From positions 20,442 to 84,441 of the IMG/VR virus record IMGVR_UViG_3300030744_000156: a stretch of 64,000 nt of DNA, one strand, 5' to 3'. This document shows positions 1 to 9,280 of the stretch, in pieces (position 1 is the stretch's first letter; every line of letters starts with the position of its first letter). Origin of the DNA: a virus (Duplodnaviria > Caudoviricetes). Made by a program: the position numbers and the translations under genes. Below the pieces are notes generated by a model. It was not told the origin of the DNA, searched no databases, and saw only the letters and a list, made by a program, of their open reading frames with translations.

Positions 1-55
1 CGATCGCGGCTTCGAGGTCGTGTACGTCGAACAGGTCGTCAAGGCGGGTGGTCAT
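1..55 (-). CDS. Partial CDS running off the left edge (MTTRLDDLFDVHDLEAAI...); N-terminus reminiscent of actinobacterial Rnl1-type RNA ligases
   Basis: ATG at 55 overlaps the stop of the upstream gene (ATGA coupling); only 18 codons visible. Confidence 0.3.
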   Translation of the reverse strand, partial: MTTRLDDLFDVHDLEAAI

Positions 56-705
56 GCGGTAGCTCCAGCGGACTCGGTGTTGTGGTTGGGGCAGTAGTCG
101 CCGTTCTCGTCGCAGCGCCAGCCCTGGGTGCGCAGGAACGCGCGGGCGGTCTCGAACCGGGCCTCCTGCGGGTCGGCCTCGCGAACGAGGTAGTCGCCGC
201 GTTCCTCGTGGCCGCACACGTCGCAGAACACGGCGACCTGACACGGGAACCGGGCCAAGCTGTACGGCGGAACAGAAGCGGCGCCGTGGCCGAGTAGCCA
301 GCCGAACGTCGGGATGCCGAGACGGCTCGACTTCGCCGCCGTGTCCTTCGCACCCCGGCTGCCGGGTGCGAGGAACGCGTGCGTCTCGGTGATCGGTTCG
401 CCCAGGAACATCTCGGCGTTGCGGTACGGGCCAGCCGCCGGGCAGTACTCCTTGCCGTCGCGGCCGATCCGGCGGTGGCGTGGTCTGCACTTCGGCCGGC
501 ATGGGCCGTGCCAGTCGGCTGGATTCGGCTCGTCGACGCCGCCGAGGTCACGCCAGATCGCCGCCCCGTCCTGGTCGCCGTCCGGGCAGTCACCGTGCAC
601 GAGCACCGCATCCGGATAGCGGCAGCGCACGACCGTGAAGACCTCGCGCACCGTGGCAAAGTCGGTGTAGCCGCGGGCGAACGTGGCGAGGATGCGGGGC
701 GTCAT
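52..705 (-). CDS. SLOG-superfamily (DUF2493/YspA-like) protein with C-terminal Zn-ribbon
   Basis: VLVHGDCPDGDQ motif resembles the SLOG HG-x3-GAD loop; C-terminal CDVC...CPNH. Confidence 0.6.
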   Translation of the reverse strand: MTPRILATFARGYTDFATVREVFTVVRCRYPDAVLVHGDCPDGDQDGAAIWRDLGGVDEPNPADWHGPCRPKCRPRHRRIGRDGKEYCPAAGPYRNAEMFLGEPITETHAFLAPGSRGAKDTAAKSSRLGIPTFGWLLGHGAASVPPYSLARFPCQVAVFCDVCGHEERGDYLVREADPQEARFETARAFLRTQGWRCDENGDYCPNHNTESAGATA

Positions 706-1637
706 GACGCGTCCCGGTAGAGCTTGTTCACGCGCTCGATCAGGGCGTCCCAGCTCGCGCTACCCCACGGCGCGGTCGCGGGATTGACGCCGACCGCGGC
801 AGCCAACTCCTGGTACCTCTGCTGCTCGCGGGATACGCAGGCGTTGATCTCGTGGACCTGGTCCAGCATCTCGTCCCACGTCACGCTGGAGTCCTTGGTG
901 CCGAGGATCTGCATCAACCGCCAGCGTGCAGCCCAGTCGGCGTCGGTCGTGCCACGTTTGGCGCAGATCAGGTTGAGCTTGCGTGCGCGTTCGACCGCGT
1001 CCGCGAAGGACAGCTTCAGCTCTGGCTCATCACCGCCGAGCGCGCCGACGAGCGCCTGCCGCTGGAGTTCGACCGAGCGGCACACGTCGTCGAACGCCTC
1101 ACGCGTCGGCCGATCCGCGTGGCCTTCGTCCTGGCACCGCTTGGCGTTCCAGCCGTTCTCGACCATCGCGTCCAGCGTGTTCAGCCGTGACTCAGCCGAA
1201 GCGTCCAGCAGCATCCGCCACATCTGCGCGGAACTGAACCTGTCCCCGCCGTGCACGGTGAACGCCGCTCCCGCTTCGTACGCGGCCACCTTGGCTCGCA
1301 ACTTCTTGAGCTCGCCCAGCAGGTCGTCTTCGGTGAACGCGGCGACGAGCGGGCCGAGCTGGCGGAGCCGTTCCCGGTGCTGCTCGTCTTCCGCGAGCAG
1401 CGTCTCGAACTCGGTGTTGCGTTCGTCGCGCTGTCGGCAGAGTTCGATGACCGAGGTCTTGAACTCGTCGCGCTCGTGCTTAGTTGCTGCGGCGAGTCGC
1501 CCGGCCTCCTCCGTGACAGCCTTGAGCTGGTCGAGGTCACTCAGCACGCTGCCGTTGGGCAGATCTCCAGTGATAGCGATCAGGAGGCAGGCGACCAGTG
1601 CCCGGAGTTCGTTGGCCTCGGAGGGCTGAGCGGTCAT
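702..1637 (-). CDS. Hypothetical coiled-coil phage protein
   Basis: ATG at 1637 overlaps the upstream stop; heptad-rich middle section. Confidence 0.7.
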   Translation of the reverse strand: MTAQPSEANELRALVACLLIAITGDLPNGSVLSDLDQLKAVTEEAGRLAAATKHERDEFKTSVIELCRQRDERNTEFETLLAEDEQHRERLRQLGPLVAAFTEDDLLGELKKLRAKVAAYEAGAAFTVHGGDRFSSAQMWRMLLDASAESRLNTLDAMVENGWNAKRCQDEGHADRPTREAFDDVCRSVELQRQALVGALGGDEPELKLSFADAVERARKLNLICAKRGTTDADWAARWRLMQILGTKDSSVTWDEMLDQVHEINACVSREQQRYQELAAAVGVNPATAPWGSASWDALIERVNKLYRDAS

Positions 1638-2050
1638 GCGGCAGACTCCTTGATCGTTGTGGCGGCGGGCTTGTCGATCTGCCACGGCCCGTACAGGCGC
1701 ATCTCCGTGCGGTGCGCGGCGCCTGCCCCGGCGAGCCATCCGTCGGCGGCGAGCGCGTCGTCGAGCGTGTCGGCCGGGCACGCGTACTGGGCGTCGTCGG
1801 GGCTGTCGCCGGCGAGGAACGCTTCGTGCTGGACGAAGCGGCGGGCGCGGGCCGCGTACGTGTTGATCTCATTGACGCGGGCTGCCCAGTGCTCGGCGAG
1901 CAGGCCGGCGAGTTCGTCGGTGGTGTCCTCGATCGCTGCGGCGGCGGCGAGGAGTTCGCGGCGCAGGTGCTTGGCGGCGAGCGGCGGCATGACGAGTGCG
2001 GTGTGGGCGGCGGCCTCGCGGATCGCGGCCACAGCCTCGACGGCGTTCAT
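1634..2050 (-). CDS. Hypothetical phage protein
   Basis: MNAVEAVAAIREAA...; coupled to both neighbours. Confidence 0.7.
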   Translation of the reverse strand: MNAVEAVAAIREAAAHTALVMPPLAAKHLRRELLAAAAAIEDTTDELAGLLAEHWAARVNEINTYAARARRFVQHEAFLAGDSPDDAQYACPADTLDDALAADGWLAGAGAAHRTEMRLYGPWQIDKPAATTIKESAA

Positions 2051-2145
2051 GCGTTCACCGTCGCGGGCGTGACTTGGCTGCCGTCCAGTCGGGCGTAGAC
2101 CGTGCCGCCGTTGGGGAAGCGCCTGAACCACTCGACCTCGCTCAC
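2047..2145 (-). CDS. Very small hypothetical protein (32 aa)
   Basis: GTG start and stop both overlap neighbours by 4 nt and fill the gap exactly. Confidence 0.45.
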   Translation of the reverse strand: MSEVEWFRRFPNGGTVYARLDGSQVTPATVNA

Positions 2146-2702
2146 GCGGGCACCTCGGTCCACTCGGTGCAGACCGACATGCGGGTGCGCTCGAACACCG
2201 TCGAGCCGGGCCACACGTGGTCGGCGAAGTCCACGGCCGAGCCGATGTCGTCGAACGCGTCGTGCGCGTCGCCGTCGGGGTGGCGCACCTGGTACTCGGG
2301 CCACGCCCGCATCTCGTCGTTGTCGCCGAGTGCGATGTCGGCCAGCAGTGCGCGGGCTTCACGGCGCCACGCCTCCCGGTTGTGCTCCGGGGTGGTCCGC
2401 CACAACTCGCGGGCCTCGGCGACGTTGGACTGGCGGCTCGTAGCGCCGCAGACCTTCGTGCACAGCATGCGCAGTGCGATCCGGTCGACGACGCTCAGCG
2501 GCTTGTCCTCGGGCTGCGTGGTGCGCAGCGACTGCGTGGAGAGCGACAGCCGCCCCTCCCACTCGTCACGGCCGATCGGCTCGTCGAACGACTTCGCGGG
2601 CAGCTGCTTGCTGCCGCGCCATCCATCCGGGTCCATGACGGTCACGCCGTCCAGGGCGGACCACTCGGCAGGGGTGCGGAGTTCGGGGGCCGAGGCGTTC
2701 AC
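2142..2702 (-). CDS. Hypothetical phage protein
   Basis: GTG at 2702 coupled to upstream stop; RTPAEW...VMDPDGW motif. Confidence 0.7.
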   Translation of the reverse strand: MNASAPELRTPAEWSALDGVTVMDPDGWRGSKQLPAKSFDEPIGRDEWEGRLSLSTQSLRTTQPEDKPLSVVDRIALRMLCTKVCGATSRQSNVAEARELWRTTPEHNREAWRREARALLADIALGDNDEMRAWPEYQVRHPDGDAHDAFDDIGSAVDFADHVWPGSTVFERTRMSVCTEWTEVPA

Positions 2703-3481
2703 GCGTTCACCTCGGCACGGAACGACAGGACGGGCTGGTGGTCGCCGTCCGAGCAGGATGAGCACAGGTCATGGGCTTCGAACACGGCGAGGATCGCCTT
2801 ACGGGTGTCGTGGTCGAGGCGCAGCACGAAGTCTCGGGAGGTCTGCGTCCAGTCGACGTCGAGTTCACCGAGCCTGGCCGCGACGGACTGGGCGACGTCG
2901 AGGGGGTAGTCCCAGTTCTGCACGCGCAGCAAGGTTGCCTCGTGGGTGACACCCCAGCGGCCCTGCGACGGCTTCCAGGCAGCGCCGTCGAACGAGCCCG
3001 TGAGCGCCTGGGTGACGATCAGGCCAGGTGTGCGGGTGGGCACGTACGGCACGTCCTGCGTCTTGCCGTCGCGGGTGGTGATCTCGGCGGTGCTGAGGCC
3101 GGCGGGGATCGGCGGCTGCTTTTCGGTGTCGCCACCGAGCCAGGTCATCGGGTGGCCGTCGGCGATCTGCCTGGACCACTGCCAGTTCAGTTCGCCCGCA
3201 GTGTCGCCGTCTTCCATGGCCTGCTGGACCCATGCGGCGAGCCGGTCGGCTTCCTGCGGATCGCGGCGGCGTAGTGCTTCGAGGAACACCACGGCGGGGA
3301 ACTTGCCGATGTAGTGGGCGATCGCGATGTGGTTGGGGTTGCCGCTGTCGTCGACCATCCGATCGAGGAGGGACTTGGCGTCGGCGAGCGCTCGGCAAAT
3401 GAAGTCCTCGGCGGTCTTGATCTCGACTACGGGCTGAGACGCGCTCTCCGTCTCGGCGACGGCGGGGGGTTCCAGGGACAT
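2699..3481 (-). CDS. Hypothetical phage protein
   Basis: ATG at 3481 with AGGA-type RBS; protein-like composition. Confidence 0.7.
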   Translation of the reverse strand: MSLEPPAVAETESASQPVVEIKTAEDFICRALADAKSLLDRMVDDSGNPNHIAIAHYIGKFPAVVFLEALRRRDPQEADRLAAWVQQAMEDGDTAGELNWQWSRQIADGHPMTWLGGDTEKQPPIPAGLSTAEITTRDGKTQDVPYVPTRTPGLIVTQALTGSFDGAAWKPSQGRWGVTHEATLLRVQNWDYPLDVAQSVAARLGELDVDWTQTSRDFVLRLDHDTRKAILAVFEAHDLCSSCSDGDHQPVLSFRAEVNA

Positions 3482-3542
3482 GCGAGAGGGTCCTTTCGTG
3501 GCGCCCCGGCGAACTGGGGCAGGCAAACGGTGGGGTTGTTGA

Positions 3543-4904
3543 TCAGACGGCGCGCAGATACGGGGAACGCCCAGTTACCCGCTGGTACGGGCCGACCCAG
3601 AACAGGTCCAACACGCCCGTTCTGCCGCCGCGGTGCTTCGGGATGCGGAACTCGATCTGGTCGGCCGCCGTCTCGTCGTCAACGTCGCGGTGCAGCAGGA
3701 TCACGATGTCGGCGTCCTGCTCGATCGCCCCCGACTCGCGCAGATCCGACAGCTGCGGGCGCTTGTCGGCGCGGCCTTCCGGCCCGCGGTTGAGCTGAGA
3801 CAGGGCAACGACTGTGATGCCGAGTTCCTTCGCGAGCAGCTTCAAGCCGCGGGAGATCTCGCTGATCTCCTGCTGCCGGTTGTTGTCGCGATTACGGCCG
3901 CTGCCGCTCATCAACTGCAGGTAGTCCACGACCAGCAGCCGCAGCCCGCGGGCGGTACGTACCCGGTCACGGGCGACCGCCCGGATCGTCGCGAGCGACT
4001 GCTGCGCCGAGTCCACGATCTTCAACGGCAGCGTGCTGATCTGGTCAGCGGCGACCGCAAGGCGCTGTCGGTCATGTGCATCGAGCAGCTTCGGCTGCCG
4101 CAGACGTTCCAGCGCGACCGCAGCCTGGTCGGCAAAGATCCGCTCCATGAGCTCCGGCTCGGACATTTCCAGCGAACAGATCGTCGCGCCGAACCCGCGC
4201 TTCGCCGCCGCCACCGCAAAGTTCGTGCCGACGACCGACTTGCCGATACCGGGCCGTGCGCCGACAACGATCATCTGGCCCGGCCGGGTCCCGCCGCCGA
4301 GCAGCTCGTCGAGGTCCTGGATGCCGGTGGACAGCGGCGGCACCTTCGGCGCGTCAAGGCTGACCAGCCAGTCCTCGACGACCCGGTCGAACTCGCGGCC
4401 GTCCGTGGCGCGGCCGATGCCGGCTGCCTGCTCAAGGCTGGCTCGCGCCCGGTCGAGGACCTCGTCGACGTCCGCGCCGTTGCCGTCGTTCCCGGCGTAC
4501 TGCTGCAGTTGGATGCCGGTGGTGCCGACGAGCCGGAGCTTGTGGCGGCGCAGCACGGACTCGACGTAGTGGGTGACGTTCGCGGTCACGTGCGGCGTGG
4601 CGATGAGCGTGTGCAGGTACGGGGCGCCGCCGACGCGCTGCAGGGTATTGCGAGTGGTGAGCTCGTCGGACAGCACGACCGGGTCGATCGGGCCGTTGAC
4701 GCGGCTGAACACGTCGACCAGCGCCGAGAACACTTCCTGGTGTGCGGGCCGACGGAAGTGCTCAGCCTGCAGGCCGGTCTCAAGCACGTCGAGGACGGCG
4801 TTGCGCGAGAGCATCATCGCGCCGAGCACGTACTGCTCGGGGTCGATGTCGTGGGACACGGGGTTGGTGCCGTCCCACTCGGTGTCTTCTGCGGTGTGGG
4901 TCAT
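3543..4904 (-). CDS. dnaB: Replicative DNA helicase, DnaB family
   Basis: N-domain EQYVLGAMML; Walker A GARPGIGKS; VVDYLQLM; ALSQLNR; SDLRESGAIEQDAD. Confidence 0.97.
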   Translation of the reverse strand: MTHTAEDTEWDGTNPVSHDIDPEQYVLGAMMLSRNAVLDVLETGLQAEHFRRPAHQEVFSALVDVFSRVNGPIDPVVLSDELTTRNTLQRVGGAPYLHTLIATPHVTANVTHYVESVLRRHKLRLVGTTGIQLQQYAGNDGNGADVDEVLDRARASLEQAAGIGRATDGREFDRVVEDWLVSLDAPKVPPLSTGIQDLDELLGGGTRPGQMIVVGARPGIGKSVVGTNFAVAAAKRGFGATICSLEMSEPELMERIFADQAAVALERLRQPKLLDAHDRQRLAVAADQISTLPLKIVDSAQQSLATIRAVARDRVRTARGLRLLVVDYLQLMSGSGRNRDNNRQQEISEISRGLKLLAKELGITVVALSQLNRGPEGRADKRPQLSDLRESGAIEQDADIVILLHRDVDDETAADQIEFRIPKHRGGRTGVLDLFWVGPYQRVTGRSPYLRAV

Positions 4905-6061
4905 GCGCTGCTCCTGGTGGTGCGGTACGCGGTGCGGGCCAGGTACTGGCGGACGCGCTCGGCGCGGTGGTTGCGGAAGAACTGGGCTTTCCACTGCTGG
5001 TGCGCGGGCGTGCCGTAGTCGATGCCGTCGGGCGGGGCGGGCAGGGTCACGAGTGCCTTGCCGAGGACCGCGTCGAGTTCGGCGTCGGTGGGTTCGCCGG
5101 CGGTGTGACGGTGGGCCTGTTCGAGGTAGGGCTCGTACAGCTCGCCGTTGAGCCAGCCGGACAGGTCCTTGACGAACTGCGGGCGGGCGGCCATGTCGCG
5201 GGCGTAGGCGCGGGCTGCGGCGATGAGCGCGGTGTTGCTGACGCCAGCGGTCATGAGCTTCTGCCACGCCTTGAGTGCCTGCCCCTTGTGGCCGCGGTGC
5301 TTGCCGTCGCGTCGTGCGGCGGCTTCCCAGAGCGCCATGAAGTCAGCCGGGTAGGGGTCTGGGGTCTTCTTCGGCTTGCTCTTGGGTGTGGTGGTGGGCG
5401 GTGTGAGTTCGGGCAGGAGCGTGTCGCTGGACGCGCTCGCGCGCGTTGGTTGGTTCCTGGTGGTTCCTTGGTCGGTTCTCGCGGGCTCTGCGTCCCGGAC
5501 ATCCGGACTTAACGCCCCGGAATCCGGATTTAAAGTCCCGGACACCGCCGCATGTCCGGATTCAACGCCCTGGATGTCCGGCCTGTGTGCCCCGGAATCG
5601 GGCGCGTGTCCGGGATTCTGCGTCCGGACATCCGGACTCTGAGTACCGGACAGCGAGTCAGTGTCCGGACGCAACGCCCCGGACGCGCGAGAGGTCTTCT
5701 TGCGCCTGCGGTCACGGTCGCGGTGATCCTGAACCTCAGCGTCGATCGCTTCCCGATCCGACACTGGACGCACCAGCTCCGTCTTCAGCGCCCACTCGGT
5801 AACCCCGTCGCCGCGCACCCCAACCGACTCGATCAACCCGCCAGCAGCGAGCCTGCCCAGCGCCCGCTGAACGGTCTTCATGTCCAGTCCAGTCGTGTAC
5901 CGCAACAGCGCCAGCGACGGATGCGCCCTCGGCGGCGAGCTCGCGTCAGCGTGCTCAGCGACCGCGGTCAGCACAAACCTGGCGGTGGCGTCGAACTTGC
6001 CGGCCGCGGTGCGCAACATCGGCGCGCGGTGAAGGGCCCACTGAACGGCCTGCCAGCTCAC
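4901..6061 (-). CDS. Phage replication initiator (N-terminal wHTH, iteron-containing linker, C-terminal helicase-loader-like domain)
   Basis: HTH-like ARFVLTAVAEHAD...TVQRALGRLAAGGLI; F..LW..; WLNGELYE; directly upstream of DnaB. Confidence 0.8.
   Translation of the reverse strand: MSWQAVQWALHRAPMLRTAAGKFDATARFVLTAVAEHADASSPPRAHPSLALLRYTTGLDMKTVQRALGRLAAGGLIESVGVRGDGVTEWALKTELVRPVSDREAIDAEVQDHRDRDRRRKKTSRASGALRPDTDSLSGTQSPDVRTQNPGHAPDSGAHRPDIQGVESGHAAVSGTLNPDSGALSPDVRDAEPARTDQGTTRNQPTRASASSDTLLPELTPPTTTPKSKPKKTPDPYPADFMALWEAAARRDGKHRGHKGQALKAWQKLMTAGVSNTALIAAARAYARDMAARPQFVKDLSGWLNGELYEPYLEQAHRHTAGEPTDAELDAVLGKALVTLPAPPDGIDYGTPAHQQWKAQFFRNHRAERVRQYLARTAYRTTRSSA
5488..5684. repeat. Iteron-like cluster / probable phage origin inside the rep gene
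   Basis: About 12 CCGGA(C) copies; near-duplicated CTGCGTC(C)CGGACATCCGGACT at 5488 and 5618; short ATTTAAA patch. Confidence 0.7.
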
Positions 6062-6252
6062 GTCAGGTCCTCGATCTCCGCGCCATCGAGGATGGCGAGC
6101 AGCAGGACCGCGGTGTCGCGCGTGTACTCGCGGTGTCCGAGGACGGCCTTGGCGAGCTGCACTCGGTACCACAGGTCAGTGCGCGAGGGGACGCTGATGG
6201 GAGTTACCCGTGCGGCGGATATGCCGCGTTGAGGACTGTTTGAGACAATCAC
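6058..6252 (-). CDS. Small hypothetical protein
   Basis: Strong RBS GGAAGGAGG before GTG 6252; stop overlaps rep start. Confidence 0.65.
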   Translation of the reverse strand: MIVSNSPQRGISAARVTPISVPSRTDLWYRVQLAKAVLGHREYTRDTAVLLLAILDGAEIEDLT

Positions 6253-6296
6253 AGACAGCCCCTCCTTCCGTCCATGGCTAAGGAACGAGGTGGTGA

Positions 6297-6332
6297 GGAG
6301 TCGAGTGGGTGTTACCGGCACCCCTCGACTCC
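6297..6332. terminator. Stem-loop, possible terminator/attenuator
   Basis: GGAGTCGAG-T-GGGTG / CACCC-CTCGACTCC stem followed by CTCTTTT on the + strand. Confidence 0.5.
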
Positions 6333-6386
6333 GCTCTTTTCTCATTCCGATCTTACCATTCTGGCTGGGTTTCCCCTGGTCAGAGG

Positions 6387-6440
6387 TTGTCCACAGGTCG
6401 CACATAAGCGCTCCGCAAATGTGGATGGAAATGTGGACAA
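6387..6440. promoter_or_regulatory. Pair of inverted actinobacterial DnaA boxes
   Basis: TTGTCCACA at 6387-6395 and TGTGGACAA at 6432-6440, both perfect; degenerate third at 6420-6428. Confidence 0.6.
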
Positions 6441-6449
6441 CCCCGATTC

Positions 6450-6773
6450 TCACGCGGTTTCGCCTCTCTCCGTGCGCATCCGCACTCGCGCACCAGCAGT
6501 AATCGAACTGACTCCGCGCGCTCGCAGTCGGCGGTACTCGATCGGGTCGGCCAGCCACGCCAGCAGAGGTGCGGGCGGAACGTCGTCGGGCACCATCGCG
6601 GCCAGCACGAGCAGCAGGGCGTGCACACCGCGCACGCCAGCCAGGTCCTGCACCGCGGCGATGGTGTTCGCGATCGTGGCGGCGTCGCGTTCCCGTACCG
6701 CCCACACGATCTGGGAGGCGTGGTCGATGACGCCGTCGGTGAGCGGGTCACCAGTGAGACTCGGCGCCGTCAC
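6450..6773 (-). CDS. Hypothetical phage protein
   Basis: Coupled start, protein-like sequence. Confidence 0.7.
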   Translation of the reverse strand: MTAPSLTGDPLTDGVIDHASQIVWAVRERDAATIANTIAAVQDLAGVRGVHALLLVLAAMVPDDVPPAPLLAWLADPIEYRRLRARGVSSITAGARVRMRTERGETA

Positions 6774-6967
6774 GCCGCACCTGCTGTCTTCGCGACAGCG
6801 CGAACGAACGCTGCAATGCGGGTCTCGGTCATCGGCAACGGCTTGCGCTTCGGCGCCGGCCGCACCACGACGATCTTCCCGTCACGCACGTCGCTGACGA
6901 CCAGCCACCAGAAGTCCATGTAGGGCATGAACTCGGCGGGCGCGGCGAACAACGGTTCCATGGTCAT
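6770..6967 (-). CDS. Small hypothetical protein
   Basis: RBS AGGAG; coupled at both ends. Confidence 0.6.
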   Translation of the reverse strand: MTMEPLFAAPAEFMPYMDFWWLVVSDVRDGKIVVVRPAPKRKPLPMTETRIAAFVRAVAKTAGAA

Positions 6968-7278
6968 GCCTCGCTCCTGCTGACTGAAGGAAAGTCGGAA
7001 GGTCGACAGCGCACGCCGGGGCAGCGCGAGGTGTAGTCCGGGCCGTTGCCGAAGTGCCAGCGAATCCGGCCCTTGTCGTCCAAGGCGCAGCCGTCACGCC
7101 TGCACCACGGGCAAGTGACGCGTTCGACATGACGGGCCGGTGCCAGCGGTGTCCAGTTGGCCACCTGCGAGTCGAAGTAGCGCCTGCCATCGCTCCCACG
7201 CCAGGGGCGGCCGAACGGGACCTCCACGCGGATCGCGACGACTGTGCCGTCCGGGCTCAGCCGGACCTCGGGCGTCAT
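6964..7278 (-). CDS. Hypothetical protein with C-terminal Zn-finger (CPWC...H...CPG)
   Basis: Cys/His pattern; coupled start. Confidence 0.65.
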   Translation of the reverse strand: MTPEVRLSPDGTVVAIRVEVPFGRPWRGSDGRRYFDSQVANWTPLAPARHVERVTCPWCRRDGCALDDKGRIRWHFGNGPDYTSRCPGVRCRPSDFPSVSRSEA

Positions 7279-7790
7279 GCCGCAAGCTCCCACTCGGCTT
7301 GCAGCGGGTGCTGCTTGGCCGGAACCCAACCGGTCTCGCCCGGCATCTGGTACTCCTCACGCCCGAACCGACGCACGGGCCAGTCCTCGGGGCGGATGTT
7401 CATGGGCACCAGCCATCCGTCGATGTAGGCCTGCTTGCGGGCTGCGGCTTCCACGGCTTGATGACAGCCGCCGCGCGAGGTCGCCGACCCGCACAGCAGC
7501 ACCAGGTTCACCAGCGCGTGCGGGTCCGCTTTCGATCCGCCCATGCCTCGCGGGTCCCGGTGATGCCGGCTGAACGGGCCGGTGCCGATCAGCCGCCCGC
7601 ACCTCTGGCACTGCGGCCAGCCGTGGTGCTGGTCGCGGTCGCGGATGGCGTCCTTGACGGCGTCGGGGATGACCGTTGAGGCACTGGCCTTGCGGGACTT
7701 CGTGGTGCCAGTGCGCTTGAGGCTGCTGTTCGAGCGGAGTTCGGTGTGGCGCTTCAGTGGCTTGCCAGGCTTCAACGGGGTGCGCTTCAC
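7275..7790 (-). CDS. HNH endonuclease
   Basis: CQRC...HHRDPRGMGG...NLVLLC...CHQAVE. Confidence 0.88.
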   Translation of the reverse strand: MKRTPLKPGKPLKRHTELRSNSSLKRTGTTKSRKASASTVIPDAVKDAIRDRDQHHGWPQCQRCGRLIGTGPFSRHHRDPRGMGGSKADPHALVNLVLLCGSATSRGGCHQAVEAAARKQAYIDGWLVPMNIRPEDWPVRRFGREEYQMPGETGWVPAKQHPLQAEWELAA

Positions 7791-8011
7791 GCTCCACCGC
7801 CAGTGATCACGCCGTTCAGCTCGTAGCCGTAGGCGGTGACTTCCTCGCCGCTGTCGAGCCGAACATCCCAGGTGCCTTCGTCGCGGTCGTCCAAGCCGAT
7901 GACGCGGCCGAGTTCGCCGTGCCACGGGTGGCCCTCGCTGTCGATCTCCACGCGGTCGTCTGGGTCCCATGCGGACGCGGGGTAGACCCATCCCGGCTCT
8001 GGCTCGTTCAT
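7787..8011 (-). CDS. Small SH3/KOW-like beta-barrel protein
   Basis: DRVEI...HGELGRVIGLD...WDVRLDSGEE pattern. Confidence 0.6.
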   Translation of the reverse strand: MNEPEPGWVYPASAWDPDDRVEIDSEGHPWHGELGRVIGLDDRDEGTWDVRLDSGEEVTAYGYELNGVITGGGA

Positions 8012-8481
8012 GCCCTCACTCCCCACTTCCGGGCCCGACGCAACGCCTCGTAGGTGAACCGATGCACCGGCAACGACGGCATCGGGTGCCGTTCAGCGAA
8101 CGACAGGTGGAACCGCATCGACGTGTCGTACAGCGACGTGATGTCGTGCACCGGGGCCATGAAGTACGACGGCCGCCGACTGGTCAGCTCGGCCAGCCGC
8201 ACGATCTGTTCCCACGTCGGGTAGAGACGTCCGGCTTCCCAGTTGTCCACGGCGGGTTCTTGGACACCGCACGCCCAGTCGACCTGCGGCCCGTGGAGGT
8301 CTGCGCCGTCGAGCGCCATGGTGATGTGCGCCGGAACGACCAAACCCATGAGCCACTTCTGTCGGGCCTGTTCGTCCTCGACCTGCTGCTGTTCCATGAC
8401 ACGGCGGTGGAATCCGCGTGCGCTGCGCCGCCGCCGTGCTGACTCGGTGTCGCGGCGGCCCCACTTCGGCTGGTCGGTCAC
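8008..8481 (-). CDS. XRE-like HTH protein with Arg-rich N-terminus
   Basis: VDWACGVQEPAVDNWEAGRLYPTWEQIVRLAELT matches XRE HTH spacing. Confidence 0.65.
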   Translation of the reverse strand: MTDQPKWGRRDTESARRRRSARGFHRRVMEQQQVEDEQARQKWLMGLVVPAHITMALDGADLHGPQVDWACGVQEPAVDNWEAGRLYPTWEQIVRLAELTSRRPSYFMAPVHDITSLYDTSMRFHLSFAERHPMPSLPVHRFTYEALRRARKWGVRA

Positions 8482-8924
8482 GACGCAGCCTCGTTCGCGA
8501 TGCGCAGCAACACGTCGGCGTGGCACGGCTGATTGGGCGAGCACCAGCAGACGAGGTCCTTGCCGCACAACTCCTCACGAGTGGCGTCCACGTCGAACCG
8601 GGTCTTCCAGTCCAGCGGCCACCCACCGCCACGCACGTACGCCTCGAAGCACAGCACCGACTGCTCGGGCGTCATGGCGTAGACGTGGCACGGGATGATC
8701 CGGCCGTCCGGGTGGTAGTACGGGTGCAATGCTCCTGCCGCGCTGATCCGCCCCTCGTACTCCCACGGCTTGTCCGGGTAAGTGACGGTGGGGATTCGGA
8801 CCAGCCCGGACGGCGAGCCGATGGCGAAGGGGTTGCCCCACTTCGTTGGGCGCCCGACGTACACGGCGCCCACAGGCATCCGCCAGCCCTTGGTGCGCTT
8901 GCGCTGGATCCGCTGCGGCGTCAC
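8478..8924 (-). CDS. DUF4326 family protein
   Basis: AVYVGRPTKWGNPF and ELCGKDLVCWC...CHADVL motifs. Confidence 0.9.
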   Translation of the reverse strand: MTPQRIQRKRTKGWRMPVGAVYVGRPTKWGNPFAIGSPSGLVRIPTVTYPDKPWEYEGRISAAGALHPYYHPDGRIIPCHVYAMTPEQSVLCFEAYVRGGGWPLDWKTRFDVDATREELCGKDLVCWCSPNQPCHADVLLRIANEAAS

Positions 8925-9280
8925 GTCAGGCTCCCTTCGAAGTGCAGGAGGTCCATTGCGGCCAGCGCGTCCCGTGCCGCGTTCAGCCCGTCAGGGTCGA
9001 ACAGGCCCGCCACGTCGACGGCCAACCGCGAGAGGGCGTCGAGATCCCGCAGGTCGTCATCGATCCGGGCGGCGGTGACGAGATGGAAGGCGCGGCGCAA
9101 CGCCATCCGCAGCGCCGCGTCGTGGGCGCGTGCACCGCTGGCGAGCAGCGCCCGCACTGCCGGATCACCGGCCTGGCACGGGCACTCCAGGCAGCACGGG
9201 CAGTCCGGGGTGGGGCGGTGGCCACCGCAGCACACGGTGACCACCCGTCCTGTGTCCGGAACGGCAGGAAGGCCATTCAC
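8921..9280 (-). CDS. Cys-rich hypothetical protein
   Basis: CCGGH...CPCCLECPC; coupled start. Confidence 0.55.
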   Translation of the reverse strand: MNGLPAVPDTGRVVTVCCGGHRPTPDCPCCLECPCQAGDPAVRALLASGARAHDAALRMALRRAFHLVTAARIDDDLRDLDALSRLAVDVAGLFDPDGLNAARDALAAMDLLHFEGSLT

